Virus record (IMG/VR): IMGVR_UViG_3300044295_000252
Coordinates: 2,682 to 66,681 of that record
Direction: 5' to 3' (one strand)
DNA: 64,000 nucleotides
Source of the DNA: a virus
Taxonomy: Duplodnaviria; Heunggongvirae; Uroviricota; Caudoviricetes
Below are positions 1 to 9,700 of the stretch, piece by piece (the first letter of the stretch is position 1; each line of letters opens with the position of its first letter). The notes beneath the pieces are model-generated. The model saw nothing but the letters and a program-made list of their open reading frames with translations, did no database searches and had not been told where the DNA came from. The position numbers and the translations under genes are program-made.

Positions 1-1
1 A

Positions 2-2155
2 CATGCACCCGATGCTGGCAGTGCTGGTATATATGACCGAATAACGCTTTATCCTTTAGGTAGTAATTCATATGGAGTTGGTATTGAATCTTCGTATTTG
101 TGGCTTAACACCGGCGATGGTGGTCTAGGCGTTAAGTTTTACAACCAGGGAAATTTAGCTTACGACTTTGAACCGCACGGAGTAATAATAGATGGTGTTG
201 AGGACGACAGTACCGCGGTTTTAGATTTTTTCAAAGCTGCGCAGAATAATCATAAAGTGACGTTAGCAAGCGACTGGACTTTAAAGATAAAGGCTCGAGC
301 CGATGGTACTAATCAAGGTCACCTATATCTAGAGGCAGGGCAGAATACAAAAGTTATTGTTAATGGAAGTGGTAGTACAATTAATCTAGTAGCTAGCGAT
401 GGCAACACGAACATTTCTACTTGGACCTTTGATAAATCTGGGTACTTAAGCTTGCCTAATAATTCCAATATTAACGATACCCCCGATAATGGCAGCACGC
501 CAGGCGGCATCATATTAAATGTAAATTCCAATGAAACTAAATTTGATACAGGCGGCAGAACACATTTCCCTAATGACCTTGTAATCAATTATGGTGGCAT
601 AAGTTTTTCAGATTCCACCTACCAATCTACCGCTTGGCAGGGATCTTTGGCTTTGTCAAATCTTACAGATGTTAACATAACCGGCACACCCTCCAACGGT
701 CAAGTATTAAAATATAATGCTGGGTTAGGACATTGGGCACCGGCTAGCGATCTAACTGGTGGCGGTGGCGGTGGTGGAATAAACTTAACTGACCTAAGTG
801 TAACAGTAAGCGATACTCCATCAGGCAGTGGTAATTTGTCTTATGATTCCGGCACTGGAATCTTTACTTTTACACAACCAAACTTAAGCTCATTTATTAC
901 CGCTGGAGATTTGAGCAGTTATCCAACAACGGCAAACGTTAACAGCGCAATAAACGCTGCCAGTATAGCAGCTCAGTCTGCTATTGATACTGTAAGTAAT
1001 GCGGTATCTGCGGTATCGGTGGCTGTGGCAAATGCTATAAGTATTGCCAATGCGGCTAGTGCAGCGGTCAATGTAGTAAGTAATGCTCTTAGTTCTGAGA
1101 TTTTGAATCGAATCAGTGCAGATAATGCATTAAGTTCTAACATTAATACAGTAAGCAATGCGGTATCAATCGTATCGGTCGCAGCAGCCAATGCAACCAG
1201 TATTGCCAATGCAGCTAGTAATGCGGTGTCAATTGAGATAATAAATCGTCAATCAGCCAGTGCAGTATTGGAAAGTCATATCAATACAGTAAGCAATGCG
1301 GTATCAATTGTATCGGTTGCAGCAGCAAACGCAACAAGTATTGCAAATGCGGCTAGTGCAGCGGTAAACGTAGTAAGTAACGCTTTAAGTGCAGAAATTG
1401 TGAACCGTGTCAGCGCAGATAATGCGGTTAGTGCTGCGGCATTATCAGCATTGAACACATTAAGTGCCGCGGTAGCAGGTCAGGGTTATTTGAAATCCAA
1501 CAGTCTAAGTGTTACAACTAATGCAGCAAGTGGTGGTGGATCCTTGTCGTATGCAAGCAACGTATTCACTTTCACGCCGCCCAGTAACTTAACAAATGGC
1601 ATATACACTGCCAGCTTAGGAAACACTGGTAATTTGACTGTTTCAAATGATATAATTACAACTGGTGGCAATTTAAGAACCACCGCAACCACTGCATATC
1701 TCTTTAATGCAACACCAACAACTGTTTTCATAGCAGGAAACGCCTCGGTTGGTACTACAATAGGCCACGCATCTGGTACAGTGACAATTAACGGCAACTT
1801 GCAGGGTAGCACGAATGGTTTCACAATAGGATATAAAGATATTCCGCAGCTAAGTTATACAGGCAATACCACTTTGGCTGCAACTGACGGTGGCAAGCAT
1901 TATTATTCTACCGTAGCAACCGCGACTACTTTAACCGTACCAAACAGCACAAGTGTCAGCTTTGCAGTAGGTACCGCAGTAAACGTAGTTAATCAGGGTG
2001 CCGGCACAATTACTTTAGCGCAGGGTTCGGGGGTGACATTATATCTTGCAGGAAACTCTACTGCTGGCAACAGATCCTTAAGTAGTTATGGAGTTGCTAC
2101 TATACAGAAAGTAGCTACAGATACTTGGTTTGTTGTGGGTGTAGGACTGGCTTAA
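2..2155 (+). CDS. Tail fibre protein, 5'-truncated by the window edge
   Basis: Frame is open from nt 2 (HAPDAGSAG...), so the TTG at 98 is not the true start. Contains an LSNLTDVNI...GQVLKYN fibre motif, an Ala/Ser/Val/Asn coiled-coil block (~960-1460) matching the giant fibre repeats, and a C-terminal fibre domain ending DTWFVVGVGLA. Confidence 0.8.
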   Translation, partial: HAPDAGSAGIYDRITLYPLGSNSYGVGIESSYLWLNTGDGGLGVKFYNQGNLAYDFEPHGVIIDGVEDDSTAVLDFFKAAQNNHKVTLASDWTLKIKARADGTNQGHLYLEAGQNTKVIVNGSGSTINLVASDGNTNISTWTFDKSGYLSLPNNSNINDTPDNGSTPGGIILNVNSNETKFDTGGRTHFPNDLVINYGGISFSDSTYQSTAWQGSLALSNLTDVNITGTPSNGQVLKYNAGLGHWAPASDLTGGGGGGGINLTDLSVTVSDTPSGSGNLSYDSGTGIFTFTQPNLSSFITAGDLSSYPTTANVNSAINAASIAAQSAIDTVSNAVSAVSVAVANAISIANAASAAVNVVSNALSSEILNRISADNALSSNINTVSNAVSIVSVAAANATSIANAASNAVSIEIINRQSASAVLESHINTVSNAVSIVSVAAANATSIANAASAAVNVVSNALSAEIVNRVSADNAVSAAALSALNTLSAAVAGQGYLKSNSLSVTTNAASGGGSLSYASNVFTFTPPSNLTNGIYTASLGNTGNLTVSNDIITTGGNLRTTATTAYLFNATPTTVFIAGNASVGTTIGHASGTVTINGNLQGSTNGFTIGYKDIPQLSYTGNTTLAATDGGKHYYSTVATATTLTVPNSTSVSFAVGTAVNVVNQGAGTITLAQGSGVTLYLAGNSTAGNRSLSSYGVATIQKVATDTWFVVGVGLA

Positions 2156-2156
2156 T

Positions 2157-2972
2157 ATGGGCGGTATAATGATGCCTTACATGAGTGCCTTGGGTCAAAT
2201 GGGGTATGCGCCTCCCAATACAATCCCTAGCCTTAGTTTGTGGTATAACGCAAGTGCATCTTCCACTCTGGTTAATAACGTCAGCACCGCAAACTTTGAC
2301 GTTACCGTAGTTAACGGGACTAGGATAAGCAAATGGATTGACTTGTCTGGATTGGGTCAACCGGCTAACGTAAACGGTGGTAACAGTCTTAGACCAGCTT
2401 ATGCCACACCTATTCAAAATAGTTTAGGCGCTGTAAGCTACACAGCAGGTTCTAGCTATAACTTAGACATTAATCCCTCAACTTGGTCCAACAGCTTGGC
2501 AGGATTTACTGTATATGTATTATCTAGGCCTACAAGTTTGCCTGTAACTGCTTTTCCTTTAATGGTGTCGGACCTAAGCTGTGGAATATGGTGGAACGGA
2601 ACGAACTGGAGTATTGGAATAAGTGCAGGAAACAGAGGCACAGTGTCAGTTACGAATGACACAACTAAATTCCACATGTACGGCCTGGTGTTTGATGGTA
2701 GCCAAACTGGTAATGCAAATAGATTACAGTTTAGATACGACAGATCTGCCAAAACTCTTACATTCACTGGAACAATAGGTACCACCACGCCCAGTAACAG
2801 TTACTGGTTCGTTGGCGGTGACAACAGGTCCGGAGGTAACGGCGGAGCATTATCTGGTACATACATGGACGGATATATTGGTGAAGTTTTAATTTGGACT
2901 AGAACATTGACCGCAGCCGAACTAGGTCAAGTTGAGTTGTACCTAAACACTAAGTGGAATCTAGGATATTAA
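2157..2972 (+). CDS. LamG/concanavalin-A-like lectin, probable receptor-binding tip
   Basis: LSLWYNAS...ISKWIDLSG and C-terminal MDGYIGEVLIWTRTLTAAELGQVELYLNTKW are typical of phage LamG-like proteins; starts 1 nt after the fibre stop. Confidence 0.7.
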   Translation: MGGIMMPYMSALGQMGYAPPNTIPSLSLWYNASASSTLVNNVSTANFDVTVVNGTRISKWIDLSGLGQPANVNGGNSLRPAYATPIQNSLGAVSYTAGSSYNLDINPSTWSNSLAGFTVYVLSRPTSLPVTAFPLMVSDLSCGIWWNGTNWSIGISAGNRGTVSVTNDTTKFHMYGLVFDGSQTGNANRLQFRYDRSAKTLTFTGTIGTTTPSNSYWFVGGDNRSGGNGGALSGTYMDGYIGEVLIWTRTLTAAELGQVELYLNTKWNLGY

Positions 2973-2981
2973 GGATAAAAT

Positions 2982-3521
2982 ATGTTAAATGCAAAAATAG
3001 CTGACAACGGGCACCTACAATTTGTTTTGGAAGATGGATCCATCGTAGATGCTGGCAATGTTCGCGGAGCAACTGGTCCACAAGGCACCAAGGGTATAGG
3101 TGTTAAGGGTGACCCGGGAGAACCTGGCAAACAGGGTCCAGCAGGAGTAGGCATATTAGGATTTGCCTCAGGATATGTAGATGCTGGGCAATTCGTAACA
3201 TTAGACAACATTAAATGTACAGTTACGACCGCAGGCAACAGAGGACTAAGTGTCGCTTCAGTTAGCGGCACATTCCAAGCAATGATTAGTGCTACTTTTG
3301 GATACATTAGCGGTGTTGGTGGTAGTGCCACAAATGGTGGCAGTTCTCCCACATATACAACAACACCAAGCACTAGTTTCTTTGGTTGGAATTTCCCCAA
3401 CGCGGGTGACGGTAGTACATATTTGATAAACGATATCACAAACCAGCGCTTTTACAGAGTAAATCTGATGATAGGGTACGGTTATCTTAAAAACTTTATT
3501 AGCATTGAGAGACTATATTAA
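2982..3521 (+). CDS. Structural protein with short collagen-like Gly-X-Y segment
   Basis: RGATGPQGTKG..GVKGDPGEPGKQGPAG followed by a beta-rich domain; SD-like AAGGA upstream. Confidence 0.6.
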   Translation: MLNAKIADNGHLQFVLEDGSIVDAGNVRGATGPQGTKGIGVKGDPGEPGKQGPAGVGILGFASGYVDAGQFVTLDNIKCTVTTAGNRGLSVASVSGTFQAMISATFGYISGVGGSATNGGSSPTYTTTPSTSFFGWNFPNAGDGSTYLINDITNQRFYRVNLMIGYGYLKNFISIERLY

Positions 3522-3550
3522 GTGTTTGGGATTTGGAAATAACAGTAAAG

Positions 3551-3558
3551 TATAAATA
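3551..3558 (+). promoter_or_regulatory. T4-type late promoter TATAAATA
   Basis: Exact T4 late consensus, intergenic, 7 nt before ATG 3566. Confidence 0.7.
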
Positions 3559-3565
3559 ATAAATT

Positions 3566-3784
3566 ATGACAGCTATTTACTTGCCTAATAGTCCAACAAA
3601 TGGACAAATTTATGTTGCTTCAAACGGAGTTACATATTGTTATGTGACTGATCATTGGAACACAAGTATTCCGATTCAGAACGGATCAGCTGTGTATTAT
3701 TACGAGGGTGGAGACTCAACAACTTGGGCTACTGCCAATCAAACAAATCCTGGGGATTTAGTCCTAGACGGAGGAACTTCATAA
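3566..3784 (+). CDS. Small virion protein carrying the fibre N-terminal motif
   Basis: IYLPNSPTNGQIYVASNGVTYCY resembles LNFPISPAPGDLYTYAGKTWTW at the start of the 3095-aa fibre. Confidence 0.55.
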   Translation: MTAIYLPNSPTNGQIYVASNGVTYCYVTDHWNTSIPIQNGSAVYYYEGGDSTTWATANQTNPGDLVLDGGTS

Positions 3785-5503
3785 ATGACAACGAGAATAA
3801 AAGTAAGACACGACACATCTTCAAACTGGTCAAGTAATAATCCAGTTTTAGCTCTGGGAGAACCTGGCTTTGAGACTGATTCAAATCGTGTTAAGTATGG
3901 TGATGGCACTACAACCTGGAACAGTTTACCTTATACTGGAGCCGGTGCAAATTTAACCGGTGATATCAACATTGGTGCTAATGCTGGACAATCTGGTCAA
4001 TCTCCCGAATCCATCGCTATTGGAAATGATGCGGGTAGATATAGCCAAGGTTACCACTCTATTGCTGTTGGTCAGGGTGCCGCCTATTATTGCCAAAGTT
4101 GGTTAAGTATTGCGATTGGTAGAGGAGCTGGTGCATGCTGTCAAGATCACAGCGCAGTAGCTATTGGACACATAGCGGGCGCATGCAGTCAAGGACATGG
4201 CTCCATAGCTATAGGTCGAGGTGCAGGTAGATATAGTCAATATGCAGAATCTATCGCTATTGGTCATTATGGCTGCTCACAGTACTATCAGGGATATCAT
4301 TCCATTGCTATTGGATCTGGCGCAGGTAATTGCTGCCAATCTTGGTTAGCTGTGGCGATTGGACGCGCAGCTGGGGCATATAATCAAAGTAATAGTACCG
4401 TTGCAATTGGTCACTTGGCAGGTCAATGCTGTCAAGATTACGACGCTGTTGCAGTAGGTACTAGATCCGGTCGCTGGAATCAGGCAGCTGGAGCAGTAGC
4501 AGTTGGTCACAGTGCTGGAAATTGCTATCAGCGTTGTCATGCAGTTGCGATCGGTGCTGATGCAGGTAATTATAATCAGGGTTGGGTAGCTACTGCTGTG
4601 GGCCGCAGTGCTGGCGCATGCAGCCAAAGAGGTGGTGCAACCGCAGTAGGTCACTTGGCGGGACAATGTTGCCAGGGATACGGTGCAGTTGCATTAGGTT
4701 CACATGCGGGACGTTATTATCAATCCTGCGAGTCGGTAGCAGTTGGGCATTATGCAGGTAATTGCTGCCAGGGATACCACTCGGTCGCAATTGGTGCCAG
4801 CGCGGCATGCTGTGGTCAACGAAGTTTAGCTATAGCCATAGGTCGTTCGGCTGGTGCATGTGGTCAGAACATGAGTTCTATTGCAATTGGACACATTGCT
4901 GGACAACTGCAACAGGGTCAGGGTTCGGTGGCTATTGGTACAAGAGCAGGTAGATATTACCAGCAAACGTATGCAGTTGCAGTTGGACCACGCAGCGCTC
5001 AAAATTGTCAACAGAGTTATGCTGTTGCGGTTGGACCCTATGCTGCAGAAACGCCATCAAGTTATTATACAATTCAACATGCAGACGAGGATGGTTCTAA
5101 CTATACCATTACGTTACAAAACAATTATGATATTTCACTAATTAGACCTGGCATGTATTTAGATGGCAATGGTTATAGTATGGTATTAATTACAGCCGTA
5201 AACGGATTACAAATTACTTTGGCAAGTACTCCAAATAATGGCGGTGTTTCGCAAAACGGAATCTTCTATGCTAGAGCTAAACAGGGCACATCAAGTATTG
5301 CAATAGGTGCTTATGCCGCAAGATATGTGCAGCATCCTAACAGTATTGTAATCAATGCATCCGGTGCGGAAATACAAAGCGCCGGACAAAATACTACTGT
5401 TATAAGTTCAGTTAGAACGGTAACAGGTGGTTCTGCACCAAGCGGGTTCTCACCAACCTATTATAATCCTACAACTGGTGAATTGATAGTAGTAACAGCA
5501 TAA
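3785..5503 (+). CDS. Fibre/adhesin: Mtd-N-like N-terminus plus 22 Cys-rich YadA-head-like repeats
   Basis: RIKVRHDTSSNWSSNNPVLALGEPGFETD..KYGDGTTTWNSLPY is the common tail-fibre N-terminal domain; followed by xxAGxxxQxxxSIAIG repeats at 3977-5035. Confidence 0.75.
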   Translation: MTTRIKVRHDTSSNWSSNNPVLALGEPGFETDSNRVKYGDGTTTWNSLPYTGAGANLTGDINIGANAGQSGQSPESIAIGNDAGRYSQGYHSIAVGQGAAYYCQSWLSIAIGRGAGACCQDHSAVAIGHIAGACSQGHGSIAIGRGAGRYSQYAESIAIGHYGCSQYYQGYHSIAIGSGAGNCCQSWLAVAIGRAAGAYNQSNSTVAIGHLAGQCCQDYDAVAVGTRSGRWNQAAGAVAVGHSAGNCYQRCHAVAIGADAGNYNQGWVATAVGRSAGACSQRGGATAVGHLAGQCCQGYGAVALGSHAGRYYQSCESVAVGHYAGNCCQGYHSVAIGASAACCGQRSLAIAIGRSAGACGQNMSSIAIGHIAGQLQQGQGSVAIGTRAGRYYQQTYAVAVGPRSAQNCQQSYAVAVGPYAAETPSSYYTIQHADEDGSNYTITLQNNYDISLIRPGMYLDGNGYSMVLITAVNGLQITLASTPNNGGVSQNGIFYARAKQGTSSIAIGAYAARYVQHPNSIVINASGAEIQSAGQNTTVISSVRTVTGGSAPSGFSPTYYNPTTGELIVVTA

Positions 5504-5506
5504 ATA
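5499..5506 (+). promoter_or_regulatory. Late-type promoter CATAAATA
   Basis: TAAATA core overlapping the upstream stop; SD AAGGA and ATG 5529 follow. Confidence 0.5.
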
Positions 5507-5528
5507 ACTTAAACAAGGAACAAGCAAC

Positions 5529-5729
5529 ATGGCAAATTACAACATTACAGCAACTTCTGCAAAGAAGAATCAAACAGTGAGCAACACCGACACTAAAAAA
5601 TTCCCATCACCTGCTGCGTTCAACACACAGGCTGAAGCAAATGAACAAGCTGCTAAGTATGCTAAAAATCTTAACTACGAAGATCATTTAGAGACTTGGG
5701 ATTGGGTTGGTCACGCAACCGCAGTTTAA
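5529..5729 (+). CDS. Hypothetical protein (66 aa)
   Basis: ORF with SD AAGGA downstream of a late-type promoter. Confidence 0.55.
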   Translation: MANYNITATSAKKNQTVSNTDTKKFPSPAAFNTQAEANEQAAKYAKNLNYEDHLETWDWVGHATAV

Positions 5730-5734
5730 TTACA

Positions 5735-5980
5735 TCAGGGTTTAGGACCAATATTGGCCGTGGAAGTTTCACGGTCAATTGTCATATAACCCTGGCAAGT
5801 AAAATTCCAATCATCGCCAGTTAGACCATTATTAGTAACTTCGTCCTGTACAGGGACAGATATTTTCACGTGTTTGAACAGGTACTCCTGATCGTTTTCG
5901 AAAACTCTCCATACATGATCTTTAGTGCCACGTCCTGGCTGACCTCTGGATTTATTAAATCTTATAAGGTATTTGTTCAT
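5735..5980 (-). CDS. Hypothetical protein (81 aa)
   Basis: ATGA-type overlap with the upstream minus-strand oxygenase gene; fills the intergenic gap. Confidence 0.6.
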   Translation of the reverse strand: MNKYLIRFNKSRGQPGRGTKDHVWRVFENDQEYLFKHVKISVPVQDEVTNNGLTGDDWNFTCQGYMTIDRETSTANIGPKP

Positions 5981-6618
5981 ACAATTATAGGTGAATCTGG
6001 TTTCTTTTCCACAGGTAATGGGCCCACTGTTAAGTTAAAATGAACTAACTTTGATACCGAAGTGCTGGGATTTCGCAATATACTGTGTGGCAACCACGAA
6101 TTTATAAAATACATCCTACCTGCGGTGGGAATCAAGATTGCAGATGTACTAGCTAATGTTACAACAGCAGGATCATTTTCTGGTAAATTAATTTGTTTTT
6201 TGCCAGGTCTAGGATCGTGGATAGCTACTTGACTGGAATTTTCAGGGCATTCCAAGAAATAAAAACCAGAAATTTGATCACCATAATGATGTATATGCTC
6301 GTCATGGCCCTGATATTGGTTGTGTTCCTGGCACCACATTTCTCTAAAATAAGTGCCTAAATTAGTCATGTCATGCCCCTGATCACGTAGTATATTCCAC
6401 GCAGTTTGAGCAATAAATTGAGTGAAATCAGCAAGAACAGGCTCGTGAAAGAAACCATCTGTTTGAACCGGATAAAGTGGATTCGTGGTATCTTTAACCG
6501 CTTTCACATCGGTTAAATATTTGTCGGCCACTACACTTACTGCGGGTAAAAATTCCGGTTTATCTACTATGTAAATAGGGCTAGGAAAAAAATCATGCTG
6601 TGTCAAATTAGTTGTCAT
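5977..6618 (-). CDS. 2OG-Fe(II) oxygenase (TIGR02466-like)
   Basis: HDFFPSPIY, EMWCQ..HDEHIH...ISGFYFL, HDPRP and INSWLPHS motifs of the phage/bacterial putative 2OG-Fe(II) oxygenase family. Confidence 0.75.
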   Translation of the reverse strand: MTTNLTQHDFFPSPIYIVDKPEFLPAVSVVADKYLTDVKAVKDTTNPLYPVQTDGFFHEPVLADFTQFIAQTAWNILRDQGHDMTNLGTYFREMWCQEHNQYQGHDEHIHHYGDQISGFYFLECPENSSQVAIHDPRPGKKQINLPENDPAVVTLASTSAILIPTAGRMYFINSWLPHSILRNPSTSVSKLVHFNLTVGPLPVEKKPDSPIIV

Positions 6619-6688
6619 AATAGTTTACTTATAGATGGCTGTTAATGGTCAAACATTTTATGAGGTCAAACAGTGATTTTCCATAAAG

Positions 6689-6696
6689 TATAAATA
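6689..6696 (+). promoter_or_regulatory. T4-type late promoter TATAAATA
   Basis: Exact consensus 24 nt before the giant fibre ATG. Confidence 0.7.
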
Positions 6697-6720
6697 CTAA
6701 GATTACAGTATGGAACAAAT

Positions 6721-9700
6721 ATGGCTCTAAATTTTCCGATTTCTCCGGCACCAGGCGACCTCTATACCTATGCAGGCAAAACCTGGACCTGGAACGGTAC
6801 CGGGTGGCAACTAATAGAATCTACCTCTGCATTAGACAACGTTAATACAAATTTAAATAACGAAATAAGTCAGCGCCAAGCAGCGGATCTTGTCATAAAT
6901 AATGCGATCAGTACAATAAGTGCAGCGGTTGCTAATGAAGTAAGTGCAAGACAATCAGCAAGTGCAGCACTAGAAAGCCATATTAATACTGTAAGCGCAG
7001 GACTTGCTGCTATCGATTCTGGCAATGTAAGCGTAAGTTTTACAGCAAGTAGTTATCCATTTACTGGCAATACACAATCCCTTAATACTACAACAGGTAC
7101 TATTGTTGTGACTGGTGGTGTTGGTATAAGCGGTAATCTAAATGTGGGCGGTCAATTTGCGGCAAACGGCAATATACTACCGGCACAAAATGCAACATTT
7201 AATTTGGGATCGCCTAGCTTACGTTGGAAATCACTTTATGTAACCGGCAACACAATTGATATTGATGGATTAACGATAGGCGCAGCTAACGGTCAAATTG
7301 TTATTCCTGCAGCAAATATTGGTGGCGTTGATATTAATAGCGCGATAACCACTATCAGTAATACAGTTTCCGCAGAAACATCAAATAGACAAAGTGCCAG
7401 TGCAGTTTTAGAAAGCCACATCAATACGGTAAGCAATACTGTTTCCATTGTTAATGCACAACTGGCTTCAATTGACACTAAATTGAGTAATGCTGTTAGT
7501 GCGTTGAGTGCAGATCTACGCAGCGCAATTAATGCGGTAAGCAATCAAGTATCGGTAACAAGTGCAGATTTAACTAGCGTAAAAAATAATTTGCAAAGTG
7601 CTATAAATGTTGTTTCAAATGCAGTAAGCGCAGAAACAGCCAATCGCATCAGTGCAGATAACGCGCTAAGTGTAGCGGCTCAAGCTGCGATAAACACTAT
7701 CAGTAATGCAGTTTCTATTGTATCTGTTGCAGCAGCAAATGCAGCTAGTATTGCAAATGCGGCTAGTGCGGCAGTAAATGTGGTGAGCAACGCAGTAAGT
7801 TTAGAAACAGCCAATAGAATTAGCGCCGATAATGTATTAAGTGTCAAAATTGATGCAGTTAGCAACACAGTATCTGTTGAAACGGTAAATCGACAATCAG
7901 CTAGTGCAGTATTAGAAAGCCACATCAATACCGTAAGCAATGCGGTTTCAGTGGTAAGTGCAGCGGCTGCTTCGGTAGAATCACATGTCAATACCGTGAG
8001 CAATGCGGTATCTACAGTCAGTGCAGCTTTATTGTCTGTAAGCGCACAGATTGAAAACCACGTAAATTTGGTAAGTAATGCAGTATCTCAAGTTAGTGTG
8101 GTTGCTGCTAATGCCATAAGTATGGCAAACGCAATCAGTCAAGCATTGTCAAACGAAATCAGCAACAGACTATCAGCCAGCGCGGTATTAGAAGGCCATA
8201 TTAATACAGTAAGTAATGCGGTATCCACTGTTTCGGCAGCAGTTGCTAATGCGGTTAGCATGATCAACGTAGTGAGTAATGCTGTTTCGGTAGAAACCGC
8301 AGCAAGAACATTAGCAAGCGCAAATTTAGAAACACATATAAACACGGTTAGTAACGCAGTTTCGGTGGTCAGTGCGGCAGCGGCAAATGCTATAAGCGCG
8401 ATCAATGTAGTTAGCAATACCTTATCCGCAGAAATTAATGATAGGAAATCGGTCAGCCAACTATTAGAAAGTCACATTGATACAGTAAGTGCTGCGGTTA
8501 ATACTGTAAGCAATGCTCTGAGTGTTGAAACTACAAATAGAGTATCAGCTGATAATGCATTAAGTGTACGTGTTGATTCTGTATATGGTGCCATTTCGTC
8601 AATAGTTGGTGGCGGCGCAGTGAGTGTAACCAGTGCTGACTTAATATCAGTAAGTGCCGTTTTAGAAAGCCATATTAACACAGTAAGCAACGCTGTTTCG
8701 GTTGAGGTAGCAAATAGACAATCAGCTAGTGCGGTGCTAGAAGGCCATATTAACACAGTTAGTAACGCAGTTTCAGTAGTGTCGGCGGCGGCAGCAAATG
8801 CAACTAGCATAGCCAATGCTGTAAGCAATGCAGTTTCTTTGGAAATTGCTAATCGAATCAGCGCAGACAATGCACTAAGTTCAAATATTAACACTGTAAG
8901 CAACGCAGTGTCCATTGAAATAGCAAATCGTCAATCAGCCAGTGCGGTTTTAGAAAATCATATTAATACAGTAAGCAATAGTGTTTCGGTCGTCAGTGCA
9001 GCGGTAGTGAATGAAGCAAGCATACGAGCAGCGGCAGACTTAAGCATCAATAATGGAATAAGCGTAGTAAGTGCTGCGGTAGTTAGCGTAGACAGTCATG
9101 TAAACACGGTAAGTGCGCAACTAGCTAGCGTTGATACCAAATTAAGCAACGCAATCAGTTTGGAAATAGCCAATAGGCAAAGCGCCAGTGCAGTTTTAGA
9201 AAGTCACATAAACGCAGTTAGTACAGCAGTTGACACGGTTAGTAATGCAATTAGTGCAGAAACAGCTAATAGGATTTCGTCTGAAAGCGGCCTAAGCTCA
9301 CGTGTTGATTCCGTATATAATGCTATATCTGCAATTTTTGTAGGTGGAGGAGTAAGTGTAACCAGTGCAGAACTAAACGCGGCAAGTGTAGCTTTGCAAA
9401 CTGCCATCAATACTGTAAGCACGGCAGTATCAGTTGTGTCAGTTGCAGCAGCAAACGCCACATCCATAGCTAATGCAGCTAGTAACGCGGTATCGGTTGA
9501 AGTCATTAACAGACAGTCAGCTAGTGCGGTTTTAGAGAGTCATATAAACACTGTAAGTAATGCTGCATCCGTAATTTCAGCTGCCGCCGCTTCGGTAGAG
9601 ATTCACGTTAATACGGTAAGCAATGCGGTCTCAGTAGAAATCGCTGATAGACAATCAGCTAGTGCTGCATTAGAAAGTCATATTAATACTGTAAGCAATA

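Noticed and set aside
3977-5035. Cys enrichment as a sign of stop-codon recoding or selenocysteine
   Set aside because: The codons are ordinary TGC/TGT; genes across the window end normally at TAA, TGA and TAG under the standard code.
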